NCBI GenBank assembly: GCA_944393375.1
Contig: CALXZX010000003.1
Location: forward strand, 3,903 to 67,902
Source: an uncultured Clostridia bacterium
GTDB taxonomy: Bacteria; Bacillota; Clostridia; TANB77; CAG-508
Length of the DNA: 64,000 bases
Direction of reading: 5' to 3'
Position 1 is the first letter of the stretch. Each line of letters begins with the position of its first letter. Made by a program: the position numbers and the translations under genes. A model generated the notes under the pieces. That model worked only from the letters and a program-made list of their open reading frames with translations, did no database searches and was not told the origin of the DNA. Shown piece by piece: positions 21,336 through 30,738 of the stretch.

Positions 21336-21360
21336 GCCATAGATATAAGTAATCTATGGC
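21336..21360. terminator. Bidirectional terminator hairpin between convergent genes
   Basis: GCCATAGAT / ATCTATGGC 9-bp stem, flanked by an A-run upstream and a T-rich tract downstream. Confidence 0.55.
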
Positions 21361-21382
21361 AATTTATTTTATATGTAAGAGT

Positions 21383-22729
21383 TTATTCAACATAGTCTGT
21401 ATAAATGACACGATTCCAAAAATTGATTAGGTATTGTTTTTCTGATTTTGGAACAATATTGATTCTAATGGCAGAAAAAGGTTTATTATGTGAATAGGTA
21501 GTTTCTTCACCATCAGAAGATGCTTTTAGCCAACCAACATTTGGAACATATATTTGGTAAACAATAGAATATTCATTACAATTTTTTAATTGCAAAGAAA
21601 TACCAGAAAGACCATACAAATTCTGAATAGCAATTTCTTTTGGAATAGGCTTATTTTCATTTAGGCAAGAATTATTAGTTAAATTATGTCCTTGACCTCC
21701 TAGTTGCAAGCTTAGTTTTCCTAAAAATCGTACAACATTATTACTACGCATATCATACCAAGTTGAAGCACTAGGTGTATATCCATATTGATATTTGATT
21801 TCAGAATAGTCACATAAAGCAGTTGTATTTTCTCCCCAATACGTATAATCAAAGACTCTAGCTTGTAAAGTATGTTTATCGATATTACCATCTAAATACA
21901 TAACAAGCATTTCAGATTTATAATTTGTATGATTAGTAATTGCTTGTTTGCCAGAAATTTGCCCATTACTATCAAATTGTGTTACAGAATATCCGTTATA
22001 ATTTGCATAGTATAACATAATATTTTTCGCATTTTTTATTTCAACAAAAACTTCTGATTTATTACCAGCATAATCTGCAATCGGAATAGGATAAGAAATA
22101 GGGGAAGAAAATACTTTTGATAAAGAAGAATTGGTGTTATAAAAATTCCAACCATCTATTGGTCTTATATTTTCATTGGCATGAATGAAATATTGGGATT
22201 TATTATTTTCAATAGATAATTCTTCACTAGTAGCAGAAGGAGAAATATTATCGATTGAAATACCAGTATCAAATTTTTGAAAATCGTTTTTTAGACCCCA
22301 AATATCTTCTATTATTCCTTCTGGGAAAATGAGACTTAAAAATCCATTACCGGTTAAGTTAGAAAGTATCAAATCATAAATGATTTCGCCATTTTTATTA
22401 GAAATTAAATCTATTTTTATAGATGGAATGATGACAGTATGATTAACCAAAACTTGAATTGTATTCTGATTAAAATGATTTATAGCAATATTTTTTTCTG
22501 TAATTTTCACTCTTAGTGTTATATCATGTGTATGATTAGCATATTTTTCATATCCTGTATTTGTATTAGAAACAGACAAGACTTCTATTATTGGTTTTTT
22601 ATCAATTTGGATTTTTGTAGCAATGAAAGATTCATCAAAAACATATTTTGAAAAACTGAATTGATAATAAAATGGAATAATCAATAGAAAAATGAAAAAT
22701 AAGCAAATAATAAAAAACTTTTTATTCAA
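21383..22729 (-). CDS. Secreted or cell-surface protein (448 aa) with SipW-type-like N-terminus and ChW-like C-terminal repeat
   Basis: N-terminal MNKKFF-hydrophobic-QFSFSKYVFDE shares the FSKYV motif with CDS 23032. The C-terminus YQIYVPNVGWLKASSDGEET...FSAIRINIV resembles the clostridial hydrophobic-W repeat. RBS aaggaggga. Confidence 0.7.
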   Translation of the reverse strand: MNKKFFIICLFFIFLLIIPFYYQFSFSKYVFDESFIATKIQIDKKPIIEVLSVSNTNTGYEKYANHTHDITLRVKITEKNIAINHFNQNTIQVLVNHTVIIPSIKIDLISNKNGEIIYDLILSNLTGNGFLSLIFPEGIIEDIWGLKNDFQKFDTGISIDNISPSATSEELSIENNKSQYFIHANENIRPIDGWNFYNTNSSLSKVFSSPISYPIPIADYAGNKSEVFVEIKNAKNIMLYYANYNGYSVTQFDSNGQISGKQAITNHTNYKSEMLVMYLDGNIDKHTLQARVFDYTYWGENTTALCDYSEIKYQYGYTPSASTWYDMRSNNVVRFLGKLSLQLGGQGHNLTNNSCLNENKPIPKEIAIQNLYGLSGISLQLKNCNEYSIVYQIYVPNVGWLKASSDGEETTYSHNKPFSAIRINIVPKSEKQYLINFWNRVIYTDYVE

Positions 22730-22897
22730 AAAATCCCTCCTTAATTAAAAAATAATGAATATTGGGAATTTGAAATAATACGAAATAAAATATTTGAATA
22801 TGAATATACACATTATATAGTGGAAAGTAAGAAAAGTCAAGAAAAATGATTTTGTCGAATTTTGCGATAAAAAGATTGGAAAAATTAGAATAAACAA

Positions 22898-22926
22898 TTG
22901 ACAATTCCAAAATATGGAATTATAAT
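22898..22926 (+). promoter_or_regulatory. Consensus sigma-A promoter with a palindromic spacer (candidate operator) for the TasA-like cluster
   Basis: TTGACA, a 17-nt spacer, then TATAAT, both exact. The spacer is ATTCCAaaataTGGAAT, with perfect 6-bp inverted arms. Confidence 0.6.
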
Positions 22927-23031
22927 TTACTTACATTTTTTTCTATAATTTTTAATATTAATTTTTAATTTCAAAATTATCTAATCATTATCCACAACAA
23001 AAAATAAATAAAAAAAAGGAGGAATGCCTAT

Positions 23032-23616
23032 TTGAATAAAAAGAAAACAGCCTTGATAGTGATAGCTGTGTTGCTAGCTATTATATTATCATTTATTGGT
23101 GGTAGAACTTTTTCGAAATATGTATCAGAAGTAAAAGGAACAGGAACGGCTGAAATCGCAAATTGGGTTTTTAAAGTAAATGGAAAAGAAGATGTGGTTC
23201 AAAATGTAAATTTATTATCTACATATAATAATGAAACATTAATCAATAATAAAGTGGCTCCAGGAACCAGTGGGAATTTTAATATTGTAGTCGATGCAAC
23301 AGGTTCTGAAGTGGGAGTGGAATATGCAATACAATTTTTAAATGAGAGCGAAAAACCACAAAATCTAATATTTATCTATGATAATAAACAATATACAACC
23401 ATACAAGATTTAGAAAAAGATTTATCAGGAACCATAAATGCAAATGATGAAAATAAAACAAGAACGATTACAATTAATTGGGAATGGCAATATGAAACTG
23501 GCGAAAATCAGAATGAAATTAATCTAAATGATAAAATTGATACAACTAATGCAAAACAATTAGAAAACTATACATTTGATATATACGTTACAGGAACACA
23601 AGTTATGCCAACATAA
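23032..23616 (+). CDS. TasA/camelysin-like secreted protein with SipW-type signal peptide (paralogue of 24493-25119)
   Basis: MNKKKTALIVIAVLLAIILSFIGGRTFSKYVSE resembles the TasA signal ...LVGGGTWAAFND. It has a VAPGTSGNF strand and ends FDIYVTGTQ, like the TasA-family ...FSFEATQ. RBS aaaggagg with a TTG start. Confidence 0.6.
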   Translation: MNKKKTALIVIAVLLAIILSFIGGRTFSKYVSEVKGTGTAEIANWVFKVNGKEDVVQNVNLLSTYNNETLINNKVAPGTSGNFNIVVDATGSEVGVEYAIQFLNESEKPQNLIFIYDNKQYTTIQDLEKDLSGTINANDENKTRTITINWEWQYETGENQNEINLNDKIDTTNAKQLENYTFDIYVTGTQVMPT

Positions 23617-23862
23617 GTTATGAAATATATAAAGAATTAAAATATGATGAATATGAAAAAACTGAGAAAGATATATAAATTAAAATGTAAATAAAATATG
23701 GAACAAAAATTTTATATAAATCGAATTTAGAAATCAAGAATTAAAAATTAAAATCCACACATTCAATCCTCTAAATATAAATTATAGAGAAATATGTACA
23801 AACAAAAGAATAAGAATAAAAAAATAAATCATAAAATATTTAGCAGAACAATAATCTTTGTG

Positions 23863-23895
23863 ATTCATTAAGAGGACAGGTTCCTCTTAATGAAT
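23863..23895 (+). terminator. Strong intercistronic hairpin (attenuator or processing site?) with no U-tract
   Basis: ATTCATTAAGAGGA-caggt-TCCTCTTAATGAAT, a perfect 14-bp stem about 10 nt upstream of the RBS of the next gene. Confidence 0.4.
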
Positions 23896-23923
23896 ATATA
23901 AATATGGAGAGGAGAAAGAAAAT

Positions 23924-24484
23924 TTGAATTTAAACTTTATTAGAAACCCCAAAAGAGTAACACTAAAAAATCTAAAAAAAGAGAAAAATAAACATAAAAA
24001 TAAAAAACAGGAACTATTTCTAATTGGTATCATATTAATAATTGGAATTACATTTTTTTCAGGAGTAAGTATAGGAAAGGCAATATATGATACAAATATA
24101 AAAAATAATACGAAAATTGCCAAACCAATTTTAGAAGTAGATAAGGATTCAGAAATCATTATTACAGAAGATAATAGAAAAGGAGAGTATACATTTATAG
24201 TAAAAAATTATAATCAGATAGAAGAAATATCACAAGTAGATTTAACATATTATATTGAAATATTAGAAAATGATTTAGACCGTTCTATTCAATATCAATT
24301 ATATAAAGATGATGAGAAATTAGAATTGAAAGAAAATAGAACAGAAGAAATGATGCTTCATAGGGATTTAAAAGAAGAACAGAAATATACACTAAAAGTA
24401 ACATATGATGAAAGTGAAAACACAATAGAAGATATTATGCAAGATATACAAATAAAAGTACATTCAGAACAGTTGAAAGTATAG
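23924..24484 (+). CDS. Secreted or membrane-anchored hypothetical protein of the TasA-like cluster (186 aa)
   Basis: Lys-rich N-terminus, one TM/signal segment ending GVSIGKAIYDT, then a beta-rich acidic domain. RBS ggagaggag with a TTG start. Confidence 0.6.
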   Translation: MNLNFIRNPKRVTLKNLKKEKNKHKNKKQELFLIGIILIIGITFFSGVSIGKAIYDTNIKNNTKIAKPILEVDKDSEIIITEDNRKGEYTFIVKNYNQIEEISQVDLTYYIEILENDLDRSIQYQLYKDDEKLELKENRTEEMMLHRDLKEEQKYTLKVTYDESENTIEDIMQDIQIKVHSEQLKV

Positions 24485-24492
24485 GTGAAAAA

Positions 24493-25119
24493 ATGCAAAA
24501 AGTAAAAAAACGATATATAATTATCATTATCATTTTAGTGTGTATCATTTTATTTATAATAAATTCTATAAAATATGATTTTTTACAAGAGGATTTATTG
24601 TTTTTTCAATTTTTAAATTCTTCAAATGAGTCAAGAAATATATCAAAAATAGACAATGAAGTGATAGAAGAAAAAATAGAAAAAGAAGAAACAAACATAA
24701 ATGTAAAAACAATTTATTTTCATGTGCAATATCAAAACAGAAAATTAAAAACAGTTAACTTAACAGATACAGTGGATAATAAAACTTTAGTATATGAAAA
24801 AATAGCACCAGGGACAAGTGGTAGATTTGATATCTTATTAAACAGTAACCAAAACATGAATTATAAAATTGTATTTGAAAGTGAAAATGAAAAACCAACA
24901 AACTTACAATTTTATACATTAGAAGATAATAAAAAATATACTACATTAGAGGAGTTAGGAGAAAATTTAACAGGTACTATTTTGAAAAATGAGCAAAAAA
25001 ATATACCTGTTTATTGGGAATGGATATATGAAGCAAATCAAGAGCAGAATAAGCAAGATACCTTAGAAGCAAAACGAATTAGAGAATATCATTTTTTAAT
25101 ATATGTACAAGGATATTAG
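24493..25119 (+). CDS. TasA/camelysin-like secreted protein, paralogue of 23032-23616
   Basis: Aligns by eye with CDS 23032: IAPGTSGRFDIL / VAPGTSGNFNIV, EKPTNLQF / EKPQNLIF, KKYTTLEELGENLTGTI / KQYTTIQDLEKDLSGTI, YWEWIYE / NWEWQYE, FLIYVQG / FDIYVTG. Confidence 0.65.
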   Translation: MQKVKKRYIIIIIILVCIILFIINSIKYDFLQEDLLFFQFLNSSNESRNISKIDNEVIEEKIEKEETNINVKTIYFHVQYQNRKLKTVNLTDTVDNKTLVYEKIAPGTSGRFDILLNSNQNMNYKIVFESENEKPTNLQFYTLEDNKKYTTLEELGENLTGTILKNEQKNIPVYWEWIYEANQEQNKQDTLEAKRIREYHFLIYVQGY

Positions 25120-25220
25120 AATACTATTCACATTAATAGATAAGTAAAACTTATAAAAGACCACAAGTTAAATGAAAATTAATAAAAGGAATAGTATTCT
25201 AATAAATTCCACAAAAATAC

Positions 25221-25249
25221 TTGTAAAAAGCAAAGAAAGACTATATAAT
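25221..25249 (+). promoter_or_regulatory. Putative sigma-A promoter driving tRNA-Gln(CUG) and the downstream pilin-like gene
   Basis: TTGTAA (25221-25226), a 17-nt spacer, then TATAAT (25244-25249), 12 nt upstream of the tRNA 5' end. Confidence 0.55.
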
Positions 25250-25261
25250 ATAAATGTATAT

Positions 25262-25336
25262 TGGGGTATCGCCAAGTGGTAAGGCATCGGACTCTGACTC
25301 CGACATTCCTGTGTTCGAATCACAGTACCCCAGCCA
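25262..25336 (+). tRNA. tRNA-Gln (anticodon CTG), CCA encoded
   Basis: TGGGGTA acceptor, D arm GCC-AAGTGGTAA-GGC, anticodon arm TCGGA-CTCTGAC-TCCGA, T arm CTGTG-TTCGAAT-CACAG. Confidence 0.9.
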
Positions 25337-25358
25337 AAAAGCAATGGAGGAACAAAGG

Positions 25359-27200
25359 ATGAAAAAAAATAATTCTGGAATTACCTTAGTTAGTTTGGTG
25401 ATTACAATTATTGTATTATTAATATTATCATCAATTGCTGTATACAGTGGAATTAGTACAGTACGTTCAGCAAGATTAACCAAATTTACAACAGAATTGA
25501 AAATGATGCAACAAAAGGTAAATGAGTTATATGATAGTTATACAAACAATAAATCAGTAACGGTAAATGGAATAGAATATATTGGGCAGGGACAAGTAGA
25601 AACAGAAGCAGAAGAAGCAATACCAGGTATACAAGAAATTGGACAAGACCCAAGTGGTATATTTAATACAAATCGATTAGAAGAAATTTTTTCAGAAAAC
25701 GGCTCAGGAATTACAGATAAAACAGGATATATGTATTATGATACAGAAACCATACAAGCTTTAGGTCTAGAGGATATGGAATATGAATTTTTCGTAAATG
25801 TTGCTAAAAGAAGTGTTGTTAGTATTGAAGGATTTAATGATTATGGAGAAATATATTATACATTAGACCAGGTACCAGATGGTGTATATAATGTGGAATA
25901 CAATACAATAGATGGAAATTTAAGTTTTGATGTTACATCAGAAGTTCAAAACGGTCAAGGGAAAATTCATATTGTAAATATTAGCTATGATAAATACGTA
26001 AATAAATGGCAGGTAAGATATAGGTTAAAAGCAGAGAATGGTAAAGAAGAAAATTCATGGTATACAACAGAAGAATTTACAGGAAATGAGTATACCATAG
26101 ATGTTCCAATTGATAATGTATTAGACACCTATGAGATACAAGTGATACATGAAGATGAAGTGGCATCAAAAATAGAAGAACACAATATTTTAACAGTTGG
26201 AGGATACATTAACTATGATCCAACAATAGATGAAAATGAAGAAAAAATAAATGATACATATACAGAAAATGGAATAACTTATTCTTATAAATCACTACAA
26301 GGGACATATCATGAAAATCAGTCAGAGGCACTAAACGACACAAATGTAAATATGACAAAGGGAAATGGATATGAAGCTCAAAGTTTTAGTGTGGCAGTGA
26401 ATACTAATGGATGGAGAGTACTGGGAATAGATGAGGATACAGATGAAATTTTATTGATTTCCACAGATATTGTAAAAACGACAGATAATGAATATTTTTA
26501 CTTAGGAGGACAAACAGGATATGAGTGGGGAACAACAGAATTAGATGATATATGTGCCATATATGGAAAAGGAAAAGGAGCAACAGGTGCAAGAAGCATA
26601 ACAGTAGAAGATATAAATAAAATAACAGGATATAATCCAGATACAGCAAACTGTTATGAAGGAGAAATACAAGAATATGGTAATAAAGTAACTTATACAA
26701 AAAATACAAATAACATTAGTTATCAAGATTCAATGGGGAACATAGAACCAGGAACATATGGGAATGAAAGCACAATGTTTAGATATTATGACGAAGGAAG
26801 CAAAATATGGAAAACATTAACAACAGAAAAGAATAAAAATAGTGTAACTTTAAGAAGCACAGCATATTATTATTATCCAACTACATTAACAACAAGCTTA
26901 AATGAAGAAGAAATCGGAATATTAACAGATAGTCCAGAATATGAAATTTTATTTTTAAAGACGGCAAATGGACAAAATTACTGGTTAGCTTCTACCTATA
27001 GCTATACAGATAATGGTTATTCTGCTATGGGATTGCGTTGTGTATATAATGGTGGTGTAGGTGTTAGTAATGGTTTAGTTGGTTCTTATGGTACTCTAGA
27101 TAGTGTTTCTTATGGTGTTAGACCAGTAGTTTCTCTAAATTCAAATATCAGTATATCAGAAGGAACAGGGGAAAAAGATAAACCATATCAGATAAAATAA
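25359..27200 (+). CDS. Large prepilin-like (class III signal) surface protein, 613 aa, lacking Glu+5
   Basis: MKKNNS-G/ITLVSLVITIIVLLILSSIAV fits the prepilin consensus G-[FIV]-T-L-x-E except that Ser replaces Glu at +5. C-terminus ...YWLASTYSY...YGVRPVVSL. RBS ggagg precedes the ATG at 25359; the ORF-track start at 25254 runs through the tRNA. Confidence 0.7.
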   Translation: MKKNNSGITLVSLVITIIVLLILSSIAVYSGISTVRSARLTKFTTELKMMQQKVNELYDSYTNNKSVTVNGIEYIGQGQVETEAEEAIPGIQEIGQDPSGIFNTNRLEEIFSENGSGITDKTGYMYYDTETIQALGLEDMEYEFFVNVAKRSVVSIEGFNDYGEIYYTLDQVPDGVYNVEYNTIDGNLSFDVTSEVQNGQGKIHIVNISYDKYVNKWQVRYRLKAENGKEENSWYTTEEFTGNEYTIDVPIDNVLDTYEIQVIHEDEVASKIEEHNILTVGGYINYDPTIDENEEKINDTYTENGITYSYKSLQGTYHENQSEALNDTNVNMTKGNGYEAQSFSVAVNTNGWRVLGIDEDTDEILLISTDIVKTTDNEYFYLGGQTGYEWGTTELDDICAIYGKGKGATGARSITVEDINKITGYNPDTANCYEGEIQEYGNKVTYTKNTNNISYQDSMGNIEPGTYGNESTMFRYYDEGSKIWKTLTTEKNKNSVTLRSTAYYYYPTTLTTSLNEEEIGILTDSPEYEILFLKTANGQNYWLASTYSYTDNGYSAMGLRCVYNGGVGVSNGLVGSYGTLDSVSYGVRPVVSLNSNISISEGTGEKDKPYQIK

Positions 27201-27211
27201 AAAAGAAAAAC

Positions 27212-27256
27212 AAGAAAACTATTTTGATTTTTCAGAATAGTTTTCTTTACTTTTTG
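27212..27256 (+). terminator. Intrinsic terminator after the pilin-like gene
   Basis: AAGAAAACTATT / AATAGTTTTCTT 12-bp stem followed by a T-rich tail. Confidence 0.7.
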
Positions 27257-27311
27257 GTAAAATTAGGATATAATGTAACAAGTTAACAAGATTGAAGAAG
27301 GAGAGATTTAT

Positions 27312-28820
27312 ATGCAAGAAAACAAAAATAAAGCAAATGAAAATCAAGCAGAAGAATTAGATATAAACCATTTAATGCAAATAAGAAGAGAAAAATTAGC
27401 AGAATTACAAGCACAAGGAAAAGACCCATTTGAAATTACAAAATTCAATAGAACGAATACAGCAGGAGAAATCAAAGCAAATTATGATAAGTTTGAACAA
27501 AAAGATGTAACTGTTGCTGGAAGAATTATAGCAAAAAGAATTATGGGAAAAGCATCATTTTGTACTATACAAGATAGTGATGAAAAAATTCAAAGTTATG
27601 TCAGCATTAATGATTTAGGAGAAGAAAGCTATAAGTTATTTAAAACATTTGATATAGGAGATATTATCGGAATTACAGGTTTTGTGTTTAAAACAAGAAC
27701 AGAGGAGATTTCTGTACATGCAAAAGAAGTAACATTACTTACAAAATCTTTAAGACCATTACCAGAAAAATTCCATGGATTAAAAGATATGGATTTAAGA
27801 TATCGTCAAAGATATGTTGACTTAATTATGAATCCAGAAGTAAAAGAAACATTTATCCTAAGAAGTAAAATTCTAAAAGAAATTAGAAAATTTATGGATG
27901 AACAAGGATATATGGAAGTAGAAACACCAATGCTTACAACAGTAGCTACTGGTGATGCTGCAAGACCATTTATTACACATCATAATACATTAGACTTACA
28001 AATGTATTTAAGAATTGCACCAGAACTAAATCTAAAAAGATTAATTGTTGGTGGTTTTGATAAAGTTTTTGAAATTGGTAAAAACTTTAGAAATGAAGGA
28101 ATGGATATTAAACACAATCCAGAATTTACAAATATGGAATTTTATTCAGCTTATGAAGACTATCATGATATGATGAATATAGCAGAACAATTAATTTCAA
28201 CTGTTGCAAAAAATACTTTAGGAACAACAAACATTACGTATCAAGGACAAGAAATCGATTTAGCTCCAGGTTGGAAGAAGATAACCATGATAGACGCGAT
28301 AAAACAAGTAACAGGAGTAGATTTTAATACAATAAATACTGACGAAGAAGCACAAGCTTTAGCTAAAGAAAAAGGCGTAGAGTATGAGGAAATAAAAAAT
28401 ACGAGAGGTCATATTATAAACGAATTTTTCGAAACATTTGTAGAAGAAACATTAATACAACCAACATTTATTATGGATTATCCAGTAGAAGTATCACCAC
28501 TTACAAAAAGAAAGAAAGAAGATCCAAGATTAGTTGAAAGATTTGAATTATTTATTGGGGGCAGAGAATATGGAAATGCTTATTCAGAATTAAATGACCC
28601 AATTGACCAATATCAAAGATTTTTAAAACAAGTAGAAGCTAAAGAAAAAGGTGATGAAGAAGCTGGTGGAATGGATGAAGATTTCGTAAATGCACTAGAA
28701 ATCGGATTACCACCAACAGGTGGAATGGGAATCGGATTAGATAGATTAATTATGTTATTAACAGATTCTGCTTCTATAAGAGATGTATTGTTTTTCCCAA
28801 CAATGAAGCCTTTAAATTAA
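27312..28820 (+). CDS. lysS: Lysine--tRNA ligase (class II)
   Basis: 502 aa. OB anticodon-binding domain and class II motifs ([17 protein letters not shown]). Confidence 0.95.
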   Translation: MQENKNKANENQAEELDINHLMQIRREKLAELQAQGKDPFEITKFNRTNTAGEIKANYDKFEQKDVTVAGRIIAKRIMGKASFCTIQDSDEKIQSYVSINDLGEESYKLFKTFDIGDIIGITGFVFKTRTEEISVHAKEVTLLTKSLRPLPEKFHGLKDMDLRYRQRYVDLIMNPEVKETFILRSKILKEIRKFMDEQGYMEVETPMLTTVATGDAARPFITHHNTLDLQMYLRIAPELNLKRLIVGGFDKVFEIGKNFRNEGMDIKHNPEFTNMEFYSAYEDYHDMMNIAEQLISTVAKNTLGTTNITYQGQEIDLAPGWKKITMIDAIKQVTGVDFNTINTDEEAQALAKEKGVEYEEIKNTRGHIINEFFETFVEETLIQPTFIMDYPVEVSPLTKRKKEDPRLVERFELFIGGREYGNAYSELNDPIDQYQRFLKQVEAKEKGDEEAGGMDEDFVNALEIGLPPTGGMGIGLDRLIMLLTDSASIRDVLFFPTMKPLN

Positions 28821-28854
28821 TTTGATTTTCAAAAAGGGGAAGATAGGAGTAAAT

Positions 28855-29595
28855 ATGTTTAATTTTTCATTTGATAAGAGAATTATATATATCGTATTAG
28901 GAATCATGGTATTATCTATGGTTGTACAATATTTAGCAAATCCAGGAATGTTATTTTCACTGTTGATTAGTGTACCAGGAGTATTAATTGCCATTACCTT
29001 TCATGAATTTGCACATGCATTTGTAGCAGATAAATTGGGAGATGATACGGCAAGGAGAGAGGGGAGACTTAGTTTAAATCCATTTGACCATTTAGACCCA
29101 ATCGGAACCGTATTATTGTTATTTGCAGGATTTGGCTGGGGAAAACCAGTCCATGTAAATCCAAGAAATTATACAAGAAAAATGTCTATGGAAAAAGGAG
29201 AAGCACTTGTTTCTATTGCAGGACCAGTGATGAACTTTATACTTGCTATCATATTTGCTATTATATATTATGGGATTTATAAATTTACAGATGCTTCATT
29301 TTTGCTATCTACAATGGGTGGAATTATTATGAGTTTAATTAGTGCAACTGTATCTATTAATGTGGGATTAGGATTATTTAACTTAATTCCATTACCTCCA
29401 TTAGATGGTTCAAAAGTGATTATGCCATTTTTACCATATAAAGCAAAAGAATTTTTTATCAATAATGAACAAATCTTTTATATTGTATTTGTTGTGTTAT
29501 GGATAACAGGATTGACATCATATATTATTACACCAGGAATTCAAGCAGTAGGAGGCTGGATATCTAATCTAGCAGCTGCGATTTGGGGATTATAA
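28855..29595 (+). CDS. Site-2 protease family (M50) membrane metalloprotease
   Basis: HEFAHAFVA (HExxH) within a TM segment, NLIPLPPLDGSKV motif, multiple TM segments. RBS taggag precedes the ATG at 28855. Confidence 0.8.
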   Translation: MFNFSFDKRIIYIVLGIMVLSMVVQYLANPGMLFSLLISVPGVLIAITFHEFAHAFVADKLGDDTARREGRLSLNPFDHLDPIGTVLLLFAGFGWGKPVHVNPRNYTRKMSMEKGEALVSIAGPVMNFILAIIFAIIYYGIYKFTDASFLLSTMGGIIMSLISATVSINVGLGLFNLIPLPPLDGSKVIMPFLPYKAKEFFINNEQIFYIVFVVLWITGLTSYIITPGIQAVGGWISNLAAAIWGL

Positions 29596-29723
29596 TATAT
29601 TTTAATACGAAAAGATTGCTAGAATTAATAGCAATCTTTACTAATTTTACGATAAATGATATAATTAGCACAAAAAAATGCAAAATATATTACAATAAAT
29701 ATATATAATTATATGGAGGAAAC

Positions 29724-30710
29724 ATGAAAGATATCTATACATTAGGAATTGAATCAAGCTGTGATGAAACATCAGTAGCAATTGTAAAAAATGGTAGAGA
29801 AATTGTATCTAATATCATTGATACACAAATACCAATTCATGAAAAATATGGAGGAGTTGTACCAGAAATTGCATCTAGAAATCATATTGAAGCCATTTCC
29901 AGAGTAACAAAAAAAGCCTTAGAAGAAGCAAAAATGACTTTGGAACAAATAGATGCTGTTACACCTACATATGGACCAGGTTTAGTTGGGGCGTTATTGG
30001 TTGGATTGTCATATGCAAAAGCATTGAGTTTTGCAATAAATAAACCACTAGTAGGTGTAAATCATATCCAAGGACATATTGCAGCAAATTATATTACATA
30101 TAAAGAATTAGAGCCACCTTTTTTATGTGTGATGATGTCAGGTGGTAATACACAAATTATACATGTAAAAGATTATACAGAATTTGAGGTTTTAGGAAAA
30201 ACAAGAGATGATGCAATTGGAGAAGCTTTTGATAAAGTAGCAAGAGTAGTAGGTTTAGGATATCCTGGAGGACCTAAAGTAGATAAATTAGCACAAAATG
30301 GAAAACCAACAATAAACTTACCAAAAACACATTTCGAAAATATGGATTTTAGCTTTAGTGGTATCAAAACAGCAGTTATTAATTTACATCACAAAAATCC
30401 GGAAATCAATAAAGCAGACTTATGTGCAAGTTTTGAAAAAATAGTGACAGAAATATTAATAGAAAATATAAATAAAGCAATAGAATTAACAGGAATCAAA
30501 ACAATTGCACTAGCAGGTGGTGTATCAGCCAATATTTTTATAAGAAAAGCATTTATGGATTTAAAACAAGAAGGTATGGAAATATATATGCCAGATTTAA
30601 AGTTATGTACAGATAATGCGGCTATGATTGCATCAGCTGGATATTATAACTATATACAAGGAAAGAGAGATACTTTAGATTTAAATGCGATACCAAATTT
30701 AAAATTATAA
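29724..30710 (+). CDS. tsaD: tRNA N6-adenosine threonylcarbamoyltransferase TsaD
   Basis: [15 protein letters not shown], HIxGH (NHIQGHI), GGVSAN motifs. Confidence 0.95.
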   Translation: MKDIYTLGIESSCDETSVAIVKNGREIVSNIIDTQIPIHEKYGGVVPEIASRNHIEAISRVTKKALEEAKMTLEQIDAVTPTYGPGLVGALLVGLSYAKALSFAINKPLVGVNHIQGHIAANYITYKELEPPFLCVMMSGGNTQIIHVKDYTEFEVLGKTRDDAIGEAFDKVARVVGLGYPGGPKVDKLAQNGKPTINLPKTHFENMDFSFSGIKTAVINLHHKNPEINKADLCASFEKIVTEILIENINKAIELTGIKTIALAGGVSANIFIRKAFMDLKQEGMEIYMPDLKLCTDNAAMIASAGYYNYIQGKRDTLDLNAIPNLKL

Positions 30711-30738
30711 AGTTTCAAGAAAATGTGAGGGATTTACA

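Noticed and set aside
25254-25358. ORF-track start at 25254 for the pilin-like protein (N-terminal extension MYIGVSPSGKASDSDSD...).
   Set aside because: The extension is the translation of tRNA-Gln(CUG). A GGAGG RBS precedes the ATG at 25359, which yields a proper class III leader.
21383-27200. Possibility that the surface-protein region is a tRNA-targeted genomic island or prophage remnant.
   Set aside because: I could find no integrase, recombinase or phage genes, and no direct repeat of the tRNA-Gln 3' end. The region is treated as an accessory locus only.
27201-27311. Possible T-box or other riboswitch upstream of lysS.
   Set aside because: The leader is only about 55 nt after a plausible promoter and holds just the upstream gene's terminator. 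No T-box or L-box motifs were seen.
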